The notes beneath the pieces were generated by a model. The model saw only the letters and a list, made by a program, of their open reading frames with translations. It had not been told where the DNA came from and ran no database searches. The position numbers and the translations under genes are program-made. A stretch of 64,000 nt of DNA from Anaerolineae bacterium (lineage in GTDB: Bacteria; Chloroflexota; Anaerolineae; DUEN01): contig DAOUBB010000045.1 of assembly GCA_034432955.1 (NCBI GenBank), positions 24,302 to 88,301 of the forward strand, in the 5' to 3' direction. This document shows, one piece after another, positions 9,763 through 17,241 of this stretch; the first letter of the stretch is position 1, and every line of letters starts with the position of its first letter.

Positions 9763-9800
9763 CCCGTGCCCTCCGTGCCATCCGTGGCCATCCGTGTCAT
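9763..9800. promoter_or_regulatory. Tandem 9-10 bp direct repeats (CCGTGCCAT-like, x4) upstream of the PhyH-family gene
   Basis: cccgtgccct ccgtgccat ccgtggccat ccgtgtcat, about 100 bp upstream of the 9662 start. Periodicity resembles response-regulator direct-repeat operators. Confidence 0.3.
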
Positions 9801-10081
9801 GCCCTCTTCCGCCTAAGGGATTATAGCCTGGGCCAGAGGAGAGGGCAAGCGAGGAGGTTAGCATGAGCAGGGGCAGTCTGGTGCTGCGTCATGCTTGGCA
9901 GCTCCCCCCACTCTTGCTACAATAACAGCAAGGTGCGATGCTTGGGGAGGCACCTGGCAGCTAGGAGCCGAGGCGCGTCGCACCTGGAAACCAAGGAGAG
10001 CCAATGACCTCATGATGCCATGCAAGGGGCCGGTGAGGAGCAGGTCAGCGGCCGACGTAGAAGTGCATCGCACATGGGAGC

Positions 10082-12583
10082 ATGGATCGGATGATTGCGA
10101 TCAAAGCATTGGCCTTCAGCTTACGCTTTCGGTTGATCGTACTCGTCCTCATCGCCGGACTGCCCGGGATGGGGCTGGCGGTGTACAACGCCAACCAGCA
10201 GATGGAAGAGGCCCGCCACCGGGCGCAAGAACAGATGCTGCACCTGGCCCTTCTGACCGCCGGTGAGCACCAGGCCCTGGTCACCAGCACACGGCAACTG
10301 CTGGCCACGCTGGCCGAACTGCCCGATCTGCGCCCCGGCCGCGGCGGGGACTGCGACGCCCTGCTCGCCCGTCTGCTGGCCATCCACTCGATCTATGCCA
10401 ACTTCGGCGTCGCTAACCTGGCGGGCGACGTCGTTTGCTCTGCCGTACCACTGACCGCGCCCGTGAATGCCTCTGACCGGGCCTGGTTTATCCGCACCCT
10501 GCAAGCCCGCGACTTCGCCGTCGGCGATTACCAGATCGGCCGCATCACCGGCAAAGCGGTCATCGTCTTCGGTTATCCGATCCTGGACGAACGCGGCGAA
10601 ATGGCCGCTGTGGCCTTCGCCGCGCTGGGGTTGGGCTGGTTGGAGCGGCTCACCGAAAGCGCTGCCCTGCCAGAAGAGGCCGTGTACACGGTTGTGGACC
10701 AGCAAGGGGTGATCCTGGCGCGGCATCCGGACGGCGCGGAGTGGATTGGCAAACCCTCGCCGGAGGGTTCCGTCGTCGCTCGCGTGCTGGGCGCGACCGC
10801 CGAAGGCCTGGCCGAAGCCCCGGGCGTGGACGGCGTGACTCGCCTCTACGCCTATGCTCCACTGCTGGCGGGCGGCGCGCCCGCCGCATACGTGATCGTC
10901 GGAATGCCGCTTGCGCAGGCATATGCAGCGGTGAATCGTAGCCTGTGGTGGAACCTGGGCTTCCTGGGGAGCGCGGTCCTGCTGGCGCTGGCCGCGGCGT
11001 GGATCGGCGACGAGGCGTTCCTGCTGCAGCGGATCCATGCCCTGCTGGCCGCCACGCGGCGTATAGCCAGGGGTGACCTGAGCGCCCGCACCGGTGTACG
11101 CTATGGGATGGGTGAACTGAGCCAACTCGCCCGCGCCTTCGACGAGATGGCGGAGAGTCTGGAAAGACAACACCGACAGCGGGAGCGAGCGGAGGTGGCC
11201 TTGCGGGAAAGCCAGCAACGTCTGGCCCATCTGCTTGCCGTCAGCCCGGCTATCATCTACACCCTCAACCCTGACGGTTGCGTGCCCACTTGGATCAGTC
11301 CCAACGTCGCCTTTCGGCTGGGGTACACGCCCGAAGAGGCGTTACAGCCCCGTTGGTGGGCCGATCACCTGCACCCAGAGGATCGCGAGCAAGCCCTGGC
11401 CAGGGCAGCCGGCATATTTGCCGAGGGCCACATGGTGCTTGAGTATCGTTTCTTCAAGAAGGATGGGAAACTGATCTGGGTGCACGATGAGCTCCGGCTC
11501 CTGCGCGATGAGCAGGGCAACCCCCTGGCGATCGTGGGGGCGTGGACCGACATCACCGGGCGTAAGCAGGCCGAGGAGCAACTACGCCTGCAGGCCACCG
11601 CTCTGGAGACGGCCGCGGATGCCATCTTCATCACCGACCGCGACGGGTTCACCCAGTGGGTCAACCCAGCCTTTACCGCCCTCACCGGCTACACGCCCGA
11701 GGAAGCCGTTGGCCAGACCATGCGGCTGCTGAAATCAGGTCAGCACGATCAGGCCTTCTACCAGAACCTGTGGCAGACCCTCCTTAGCGGTCAGGTCTGG
11801 CGCGGCGAGCTCGTCAATCGCCGCAAAGATGGCTCGCTCTATGATGCCGAGGAGATCATCGCCCCGGTGCGGGCGAGCAACAGGGAGATCACCCACTTCG
11901 TGGCCATCCAACGCGACATCACCGAGCGCAAGCGGCTGACGAGACAACTCGCCCAACAGGTAGAAACTCTGACCACCCTTTACCACGGGGCCCGGAAGCT
12001 TGCGGAAAGCCTGGACATGGAGGCCGTGGCTCAAGGAGTGGCCCAATTCTGTGTGGAGAACCTGGGCGTACGTCTGGCCTGGCTGGGCCGCGCCGAAGCA
12101 GACGGCCGCGTGACCCTCATCTCTCAGTTCCCCACCGACCATCCCTACCCGTCCCAGATCACCGTGCGTTGGGATGAGACCCCCCAAGGGCAGGGGCCCA
12201 CCGGCCGCGCCCTCCGCAGCGGCCTTCCAGAGGTCATCGCCGATGTGCTCGCCGACCCAGGCTTCGCCCCCTGGCGCCCCATCGCCGAGCGATACGGATT
12301 CCGAGCAGCGCCGTCTTCCCGCTCATCAGCCGCGGGCACACCTTCGGGACGCTCAACCTGTACAGCGACGTCCCCGGCTTCTTCACCGCCGAGCGGGTGG
12401 AGGCCTTCCAGGCTCTGGCCTACCAGGCGGGGGCGGCCCTGGAGAACGCCCGTCTGTACGCGGACGCGCTGCGCTGCCTCCAGCGGGTGCAGGCCTTGCG
12501 CAACATTGATCTGGCCATCACCGGCAGCCTGGACCCGCGCGTCACCCTGCGCATCCTGCTGGACGAGGTTACCCAGCAACTGA
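10082..12583 (+). CDS. Multi-sensor histidine kinase, N-terminal portion (TM, Cache-like sensor, HAMP, PAS x2, start of GAF); reading frame is lost near 12304
   Basis: TM segment FRLIVLVLIAGLPGMGLAV. HAMP region LLAATRRIARGDLSARTG...FDEMAESLERQH. PAS-like blocks. Translation is recognisable up to ...IAERYGFR and then turns to low-complexity nonsense. See the frameshift finding. Confidence 0.6.
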   Translation: MDRMIAIKALAFSLRFRLIVLVLIAGLPGMGLAVYNANQQMEEARHRAQEQMLHLALLTAGEHQALVTSTRQLLATLAELPDLRPGRGGDCDALLARLLAIHSIYANFGVANLAGDVVCSAVPLTAPVNASDRAWFIRTLQARDFAVGDYQIGRITGKAVIVFGYPILDERGEMAAVAFAALGLGWLERLTESAALPEEAVYTVVDQQGVILARHPDGAEWIGKPSPEGSVVARVLGATAEGLAEAPGVDGVTRLYAYAPLLAGGAPAAYVIVGMPLAQAYAAVNRSLWWNLGFLGSAVLLALAAAWIGDEAFLLQRIHALLAATRRIARGDLSARTGVRYGMGELSQLARAFDEMAESLERQHRQRERAEVALRESQQRLAHLLAVSPAIIYTLNPDGCVPTWISPNVAFRLGYTPEEALQPRWWADHLHPEDREQALARAAGIFAEGHMVLEYRFFKKDGKLIWVHDELRLLRDEQGNPLAIVGAWTDITGRKQAEEQLRLQATALETAADAIFITDRDGFTQWVNPAFTALTGYTPEEAVGQTMRLLKSGQHDQAFYQNLWQTLLSGQVWRGELVNRRKDGSLYDAEEIIAPVRASNREITHFVAIQRDITERKRLTRQLAQQVETLTTLYHGARKLAESLDMEAVAQGVAQFCVENLGVRLAWLGRAEADGRVTLISQFPTDHPYPSQITVRWDETPQGQGPTGRALRSGLPEVIADVLADPGFAPWRPIAERYGFRAAPSSRSSAAGTPSGRSTCTATSPASSPPSGWRPSRLWPTRRGRPWRTPVCTRTRCAASSGCRPCATLIWPSPAAWTRASPCASCWTRLPSN

Positions 12584-13791
12584 AGGTGGACGCTGCCGCG
12601 GTGCTGTTGTACAATCCTCACACTCAGGAATTGGAACATGCCGCCAGCCGTGGCTTTCAGGGCGGCGCCATCGAGCGTGTCCGCTTGCGCCTGGGCGAAG
12701 GTTACGCTGGCCGCGCGGCCCTGGAGCGCCGCCCGCTGGGCGTCGGCGATCTGGCCCAGGCCCGGGACTTCAAGCGGGCCCACTTGCTCCAGGAGGAAGG
12801 CTTTGTGGCCTACTATGCTGCGCCGCTGATTGCCCGCGGGCGCGTGCTGGGGGTGTTGGAGACTTTCCACCGCACCCCGCGAGATTTCGATGGGGAATGG
12901 CTGGAGTTCCTGGGGGCGCTGGCCGGACAGACGGCTCTCGCCTTGGAGAACGCCGGCCTCTACGCGGAGTTGCAGAAGTACACCGCGGAGCTGGAGCGCC
13001 GCGTAGCCGAGCGCACCGCCGAGCTCCAGGCCGCCAACGAACAGTTGCGCCAGGCCCACGAGGAGGTGAGCCGCGCCTTGGAGCGGGAACGGGAGCTGAA
13101 CGAGCTCAAGACCCGCTTCGTCTCCATGGTCTCCCACGAGTTTCGCACCCCTCTGACGGCCATTCTCTCCTCGGCCGAGCTGCTGGAACACTACAGCTTC
13201 CGCTGGCCTGAGGAGAAGAAGCTGACACACCTGCAACGCATCCGGGACACGGTGCAGCGCATGATGAAGCTGCTGGACGATGTGCTGGTGGTAAGCCGGT
13301 CTGAAGCCGGCCGGCTGGCGTTCAAGCCACAGCCGCTGGACCTGATCCCCTTCTGTCGCGACCTGGTGGAGGAGTTTCAACTGGAGATGGGGGCGCAGCA
13401 CCGCCTGATATTGGACCTGACTGGGCTGAAGGATCCGGAGAGCCTGCCGGCAGTGATGGACGAGCAACTCCTGCACCACATCCTGCGCAACCTGCTCTCC
13501 AACGCCATCAAGTACTCTCCGGCTGGCAGCGAGGTGCGGCTGGCGCTGTGGCGGCAAGGGGAGCGCGTGGTCTTCGAGGTGGAAGATCACGGCATTGGCA
13601 TCCCGGCGGCGGATCAGGCGCGATTGTTCGAGCCGTTCCACCGGGCTGGCAACGTGGGCTCGACGCCGGGCACCGGCCTCGGGCTACACATCGTCAAGCG
13701 GGCGGTGGACCTGCACGGCGGAGCGATCGCAGTGCAGAGTGAAGTGGATAAAGGGACTGTCGTGACGGTGGAACTGCCGATAGCCCCATAG
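12397..13791 (+). CDS. Histidine kinase C-terminal portion (GAF x2, HisKA, HATPase_c); continuation of the 10082 gene in the -1 frame
   Basis: GAF motifs. H-box SMVSHEFRTPLTAI. N-box LLSNAIKYS. G-boxes DHGIGI and GTGLGLHIVKRAV. This frame is open and homologous from about 12304 (SAVFPLISRGHTFGTLNLY...), upstream of the first ATG. Confidence 0.7.
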   Translation: MEAFQALAYQAGAALENARLYADALRCLQRVQALRNIDLAITGSLDPRVTLRILLDEVTQQLKVDAAAVLLYNPHTQELEHAASRGFQGGAIERVRLRLGEGYAGRAALERRPLGVGDLAQARDFKRAHLLQEEGFVAYYAAPLIARGRVLGVLETFHRTPRDFDGEWLEFLGALAGQTALALENAGLYAELQKYTAELERRVAERTAELQAANEQLRQAHEEVSRALERERELNELKTRFVSMVSHEFRTPLTAILSSAELLEHYSFRWPEEKKLTHLQRIRDTVQRMMKLLDDVLVVSRSEAGRLAFKPQPLDLIPFCRDLVEEFQLEMGAQHRLILDLTGLKDPESLPAVMDEQLLHHILRNLLSNAIKYSPAGSEVRLALWRQGERVVFEVEDHGIGIPAADQARLFEPFHRAGNVGSTPGTGLGLHIVKRAVDLHGGAIAVQSEVDKGTVVTVELPIAP

Positions 13792-13794
13792 AAG

Positions 13795-13998
13795 TGGCGC
13801 GGGCTTTAGCCCGCCATGGTGGCGTGGGCTTCAGCCCGCCCTGTGGCGCGGGCTTTAGCCCGCACCTTGCGGCCTGAAGGCCGCGCCACACTTGTGGGGT
13901 GGGCTTCAGCCCGCATGGGCGGCCTGAAGGCCGCGCCACACTCGTGGCGTGGGCTTTAGCCCGCCGTGGAGTAGGCTTGAGCCCGCCTTGCGCCACAA
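13795..13998. repeat. REP array (about 8-9 tandem copies of the 21-bp hairpin repeat GTGGCGYGGGCTTYAGCCCGC, in both orientations)
   Basis: Units separated by 1-5 nt. The reverse-orientation units read GCGGCCTGAAGGCCGCGCCACA. Each unit contains an internal hairpin (GGGCT-TTA-AGCCC). Confidence 0.85.
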
Positions 13999-14010
13999 AG
14001 AGACTCTAAC

Positions 14011-14688
14011 ATGGCTCAAGAAAAACACTACTACCGACGCGATCTACCGCACTACCATCCGGCTGACTCCGTCTTCTTCATCACCTTCCGCCTGGCCAAC
14101 TCCCTGCCCGCTCACATTTGGCAGGAACTTCTTGCTGAACGTGAACGGGAGCGCCGGGAATTGCAAGGGAAGCACTCCGGTGCAGCATATCGGCAGGCGC
14201 TTTACGAGCTAGAAAAGAAACATTTCGGTCGTTTCGACACCTGGCTGGATCGTTGCACAGAGGGCCCACGATGGCTGGCGGAGGAGCGCATCGCCCAGAT
14301 CGTCGCCCATGAGATCCATGCGTTAGATGGTCATCGCTATCATTTGTTGGCATACTGTGTCATGTCGAACCACGTGCATCTCTTGATTGACACCACAGGA
14401 TATGGGCATTCTTCCCCGCCTGGCGCAACGAGCACTGCGTCCTATCCTTTGGCCGAGACCTTGCGACTTCTGAAGGGAAGGACGGCGCGCTATTGCAACC
14501 AGGCCTTGGGGCGCAGTGGCATCTTCTGGCATGATGAAAGTTATGACCATGTTGTGCGCGATGAGGTGGAACTGAGACGCATTGTGTGGTATATTGCGAA
14601 CAACCCAGTGAAGGCTGGTCTGGTGAAAGATTGGAAGGAGTGGAAGTTCACTTTTGTTTCAACGGATATAATGGATTACATGTTCTGA
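14011..14688 (+). CDS. REP-associated tyrosine transposase (RAYT; IS200/IS605-like Y1 HuH transposase)
   Basis: HuH motif SNHVHLLID. C-terminal WHDESYDHVVRDE matches the RAYT W..(Y)(D/E)H.IR(D/N) tyrosine motif. Flanked on both sides by REP arrays. Confidence 0.8.
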   Translation: MAQEKHYYRRDLPHYHPADSVFFITFRLANSLPAHIWQELLAERERERRELQGKHSGAAYRQALYELEKKHFGRFDTWLDRCTEGPRWLAEERIAQIVAHEIHALDGHRYHLLAYCVMSNHVHLLIDTTGYGHSSPPGATSTASYPLAETLRLLKGRTARYCNQALGRSGIFWHDESYDHVVRDEVELRRIVWYIANNPVKAGLVKDWKEWKFTFVSTDIMDYMF

Positions 14689-14906
14689 AGGCCGCGCCGT
14701 GGTGTGGGCTTTAGCCCGCCATGGTGGCGGCGTGGGGTGGGCTTCAGCCCGCATGGGCGGCCTGAAGGCCGCGCCACACTCGTGGGGTGGGCTTCAGCCC
14801 GCCGTGGTGGCGTGGGCTTTAGCCCGCATGGGCGGCCTGAAGGCCGCGCCACATTCGGCCTGAAGGCCGCGCCACAGCCATGTGTGGCCTGAAGGCTGCG
14901 CCACAT
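14687..14906. repeat. REP array (about 9 copies, mixed orientation) downstream of RAYT
   Basis: Same 21-bp unit family as 13795..13998. Starts overlapping the RAYT stop codon. Confidence 0.85.
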
Positions 14907-14922
14907 TCGATCAGGAGGAGAT

Positions 14923-16014
14923 ATGACCACTATTCTCGTGATCGAAGACGAGGAATTCGTCCGAGAGAACCTCGTGGACCTGCTAGACGCCGAGGGCTAT
15001 CAAGTCATCAGCGCGGCCAACGGCCGCGTCGGCGTCCAATTGGCCCGACAGCACCTGCCCGACCTGATCCTGTGCGACATCCTGATGCCCGAACTCGACG
15101 GCTATGGAGTCTATCGGGAGCTGCTCCAGGACCCGGTCACGGCCACGATCCCTTTCATCTTCCTCACCGCCAAGGCTACCCCATCCGACGTGCGGGCCGG
15201 CATGGCCCTGGGCGCCGACGATTACCTCACCAAGCCCTTCACGCGCGAGGATCTGCTCCAGGCTATCACGGCCCGCCTGGCCAGACGGGAGATGATCGTC
15301 CGGCAATTTCAGAATAAGATGGACGAGCTGCGTCAGAGCATGGCCAAGATGCTGCCGCACGAGCTGCGCACGCCCCTCACCGGCATCCTGGGCTTTTCGT
15401 CCGTCCTGCTTGAAGACTACGCCACGCTGTCGTCGGAGGAGATCCGGAGGATCGCCGAGAGCATCCACCGCGCCGGCCAGCGCCTGTATCGGCTGGTACA
15501 GAAGTTCCTGCTGTATGCCGAGATAGAGCTGACCGCCAGGGATCCGGAGCAGATTCAGGCGTTGCGGTGCGGCCTGGTGAACTTGACAGCCCCGCTCATC
15601 GAGAACGCGGCGCTCCAGAAAGCCCAGGAGGCCAGACGCAGCGCCGACCTGGTCCTGGACTTGCAGGACGGGCCGGCTCAGATCGCCGAGCCGTATCTGA
15701 GCTTCATCTTGGAAGAGCTGATCGAGAACGCCTTTGAGTTCTCGCCGGCCGGGACGCCAGTGCAGGTCAGCAGCCGCGTTGGGGATCGCACCCTGACCAT
15801 CACGATCACCGACCGGGGGCGCGGCATGACCCCGGAACAGATCGCCGCGGTGGGCGCATATGTGCAGTTCGAGCGTAAGCGGTATGAGCAACAAGGCCAG
15901 GGGCTGGGACTGGCGCTGGCCAAACGCATCGCTGAATTGCACGGCGGCGAGCTGAGCATCGAAAGCGTCCCCGGCCAACGGACCACCGTTCGCGTCACCT
16001 TGCCGATGGTTTGA
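14923..16014 (+). CDS. Hybrid response-regulator receiver / histidine kinase (REC-HisKA-HATPase_c)
   Basis: Receiver LILCDILMPELDG with conserved Asp. Conserved Lys in LTKPF. H-box LPHELRTPLTGILGF. ATPase boxes ELIENAFEF, DRGRGM and GQGLGLALAKRIAELHGG. Confidence 0.75.
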   Translation: MTTILVIEDEEFVRENLVDLLDAEGYQVISAANGRVGVQLARQHLPDLILCDILMPELDGYGVYRELLQDPVTATIPFIFLTAKATPSDVRAGMALGADDYLTKPFTREDLLQAITARLARREMIVRQFQNKMDELRQSMAKMLPHELRTPLTGILGFSSVLLEDYATLSSEEIRRIAESIHRAGQRLYRLVQKFLLYAEIELTARDPEQIQALRCGLVNLTAPLIENAALQKAQEARRSADLVLDLQDGPAQIAEPYLSFILEELIENAFEFSPAGTPVQVSSRVGDRTLTITITDRGRGMTPEQIAAVGAYVQFERKRYEQQGQGLGLALAKRIAELHGGELSIESVPGQRTTVRVTLPMV

Positions 16015-16030
16015 AAGGTAGAGCTCACTG

Positions 16031-16495
16031 ATGACAAGACCTCGCGCTCGCGTCCAGCGATGGCTGACTACCACCTGGGGATACTGGCTCTCGCCGGCCA
16101 TCTGGATGGGGATGATCTTCCTGCTTTCCTCGCGAGCCGATTACCCGCGCTTGCGAGTGGGCACACCCGAGCTGCAGAACATCCTGGGGCATCTGTTCGA
16201 GTACGGCGTGCTGGCCTATCTCCTGGCGAGGGCTTTCGACCGCCTGCCATCGATCAGGCATGCTCATCTTTGGGCTGTGGCCATCGTGATGCTCTACGCG
16301 GCCAGCGACGAGTGGCATCAGACCTTCGTCCCGGGACGTCACGGGGACTGGTTCGACTGGCTCGTGGACGTCACGGCAGCGTTTCTGGTGTTGGGCCTGC
16401 GCCATTGGAGGAACCGAGGTCAAAGGCGCGCGGGTTGGCCCCCGGCGCCAGTCGGATCAGAATCTCCCCGAATAACTGAGGCTGCTCCGCGATAA
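16031..16495 (+). CDS. VanZ-like family membrane protein
   Basis: Multiple TM helices. Conserved ASDEWHQTFVPGR motif of the VanZ family. The 3' end overlaps the convergent scpA by about 125 nt, so the true stop or start may differ. Confidence 0.6.
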   Translation: MTRPRARVQRWLTTTWGYWLSPAIWMGMIFLLSSRADYPRLRVGTPELQNILGHLFEYGVLAYLLARAFDRLPSIRHAHLWAVAIVMLYAASDEWHQTFVPGRHGDWFDWLVDVTAAFLVLGLRHWRNRGQRRAGWPPAPVGSESPRITEAAPR

Positions 16496-17183
16496 CCTGC
16501 TGGCGCTTTATCAACTCCAGCACGGCCAGTAGGGTGACCACCACCTCCACGCGATCAGTCGCCCGCTCCAGCAGGCTCCGAAAGCGAACGACGGCTTGCA
16601 CCTGGAGCAGCCGGCTCACCAGCGAGATCTTGTCATGGATCGTGACAAGGAGCGGCTGCATGCCGTTTCCGGCCGCTAGGGGTGGCTTTTCGGCCAGCAC
16701 TCGCTGCATGGCGAGCAGTAGATCGGCCAGAGATACGTCTCCCATGTCCAGCCGCCTGGTGGCCGCGGGCGCTGATGCGACCCGCACGTACGCGCGCAGG
16801 CCGAGCTGCTCCCGCTCGCGTAGCCAGTCCGCCGCCTCTTTGAATCGCTTGTACGCTTGCAGTTGGCGGGCCAGCGCCTCTCCGGGGTCTTCGCCCACCG
16901 CTTCTTCGGTAGCGGGAGCCGGCTGAGGCTGCCCGCTGCCCGCGGCGGGCAACAACAACCGCGACTTGATCCAGATCAACCGCGCCGCCACCACCAGGAA
17001 ATCGGCCAGGACCCCCGCTTCCAGCTCCTCCAGGCGCGCCAGATAGTTCAGATACTGCTCCGTGACCTGCGCGAGCGAGACGACCGAGATGTCCAGCTCC
17101 TCTCGCTCGATCAGGTGAAGCAGCAAATCGAGCGGCCCATGAAACACGGGCAGATCAATTTCACACGGTAACAGATTCCACAT
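16371..17183 (-). CDS. scpA: Segregation and condensation protein A
   Basis: FHGPLDLLLHLIEREELDISVVSLAQVTEQYLNYL and AARLIWIKSRLLLP are typical ScpA N-terminal motifs. C-terminal LELIKRQQV...FGEILIRL matches too. Confidence 0.7.
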   Translation of the reverse strand: MWNLLPCEIDLPVFHGPLDLLLHLIEREELDISVVSLAQVTEQYLNYLARLEELEAGVLADFLVVAARLIWIKSRLLLPAAGSGQPQPAPATEEAVGEDPGEALARQLQAYKRFKEAADWLREREQLGLRAYVRVASAPAATRRLDMGDVSLADLLLAMQRVLAEKPPLAAGNGMQPLLVTIHDKISLVSRLLQVQAVVRFRSLLERATDRVEVVVTLLAVLELIKRQQVIAEQPQLFGEILIRLAPGANPRAFDLGSSNGAGPTPETLP

Positions 17184-17241
17184 CCCCAGATCCCGTAGAG
17201 ACGCCCCACCGGGACGTCTCGTGGGCCCCGGCGGGGCTGGA

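Larger units (their letters stand above)
13795..14906 (+). mobile_element. RAYT-REP unit (domesticated transposase with cognate REP clusters)
   Basis: HuH/Y1 transposase gene bracketed by 17 or more REP copies. Degenerate single copies elsewhere (30991, 58608, 61907). Confidence 0.7.

Noticed and set aside
13694-13996. ORFs translating the REP arrays into GLKPTP-type repeats (13694..13996 (-), 14676..14930 (-), 14704..14892 (+))
   Set aside because: They are reading frames through tandem DNA repeats. There is no start context, and the periodicity is that of the DNA repeat.
13795-14906. Possible CRISPR array suggested by the regularly spaced GC-rich hairpin repeats
   Set aside because: Repeat units are 21 bp with only 1-5 nt between them, so there are no spacers. 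Units occur in both orientations. They flank a RAYT transposase. No cas genes are present. These are REP/BIME elements, not a CRISPR array.
16371-16495. 125-nt convergent overlap of the VanZ-like gene and scpA as a possible antisense regulatory arrangement
   Set aside because: More likely a mis-called VanZ 3' end or ScpA terminal extension. VanZ homology ends about 30 codons before its stop, and the ScpA C-terminal tail is unconserved-looking. No independent evidence for regulation.
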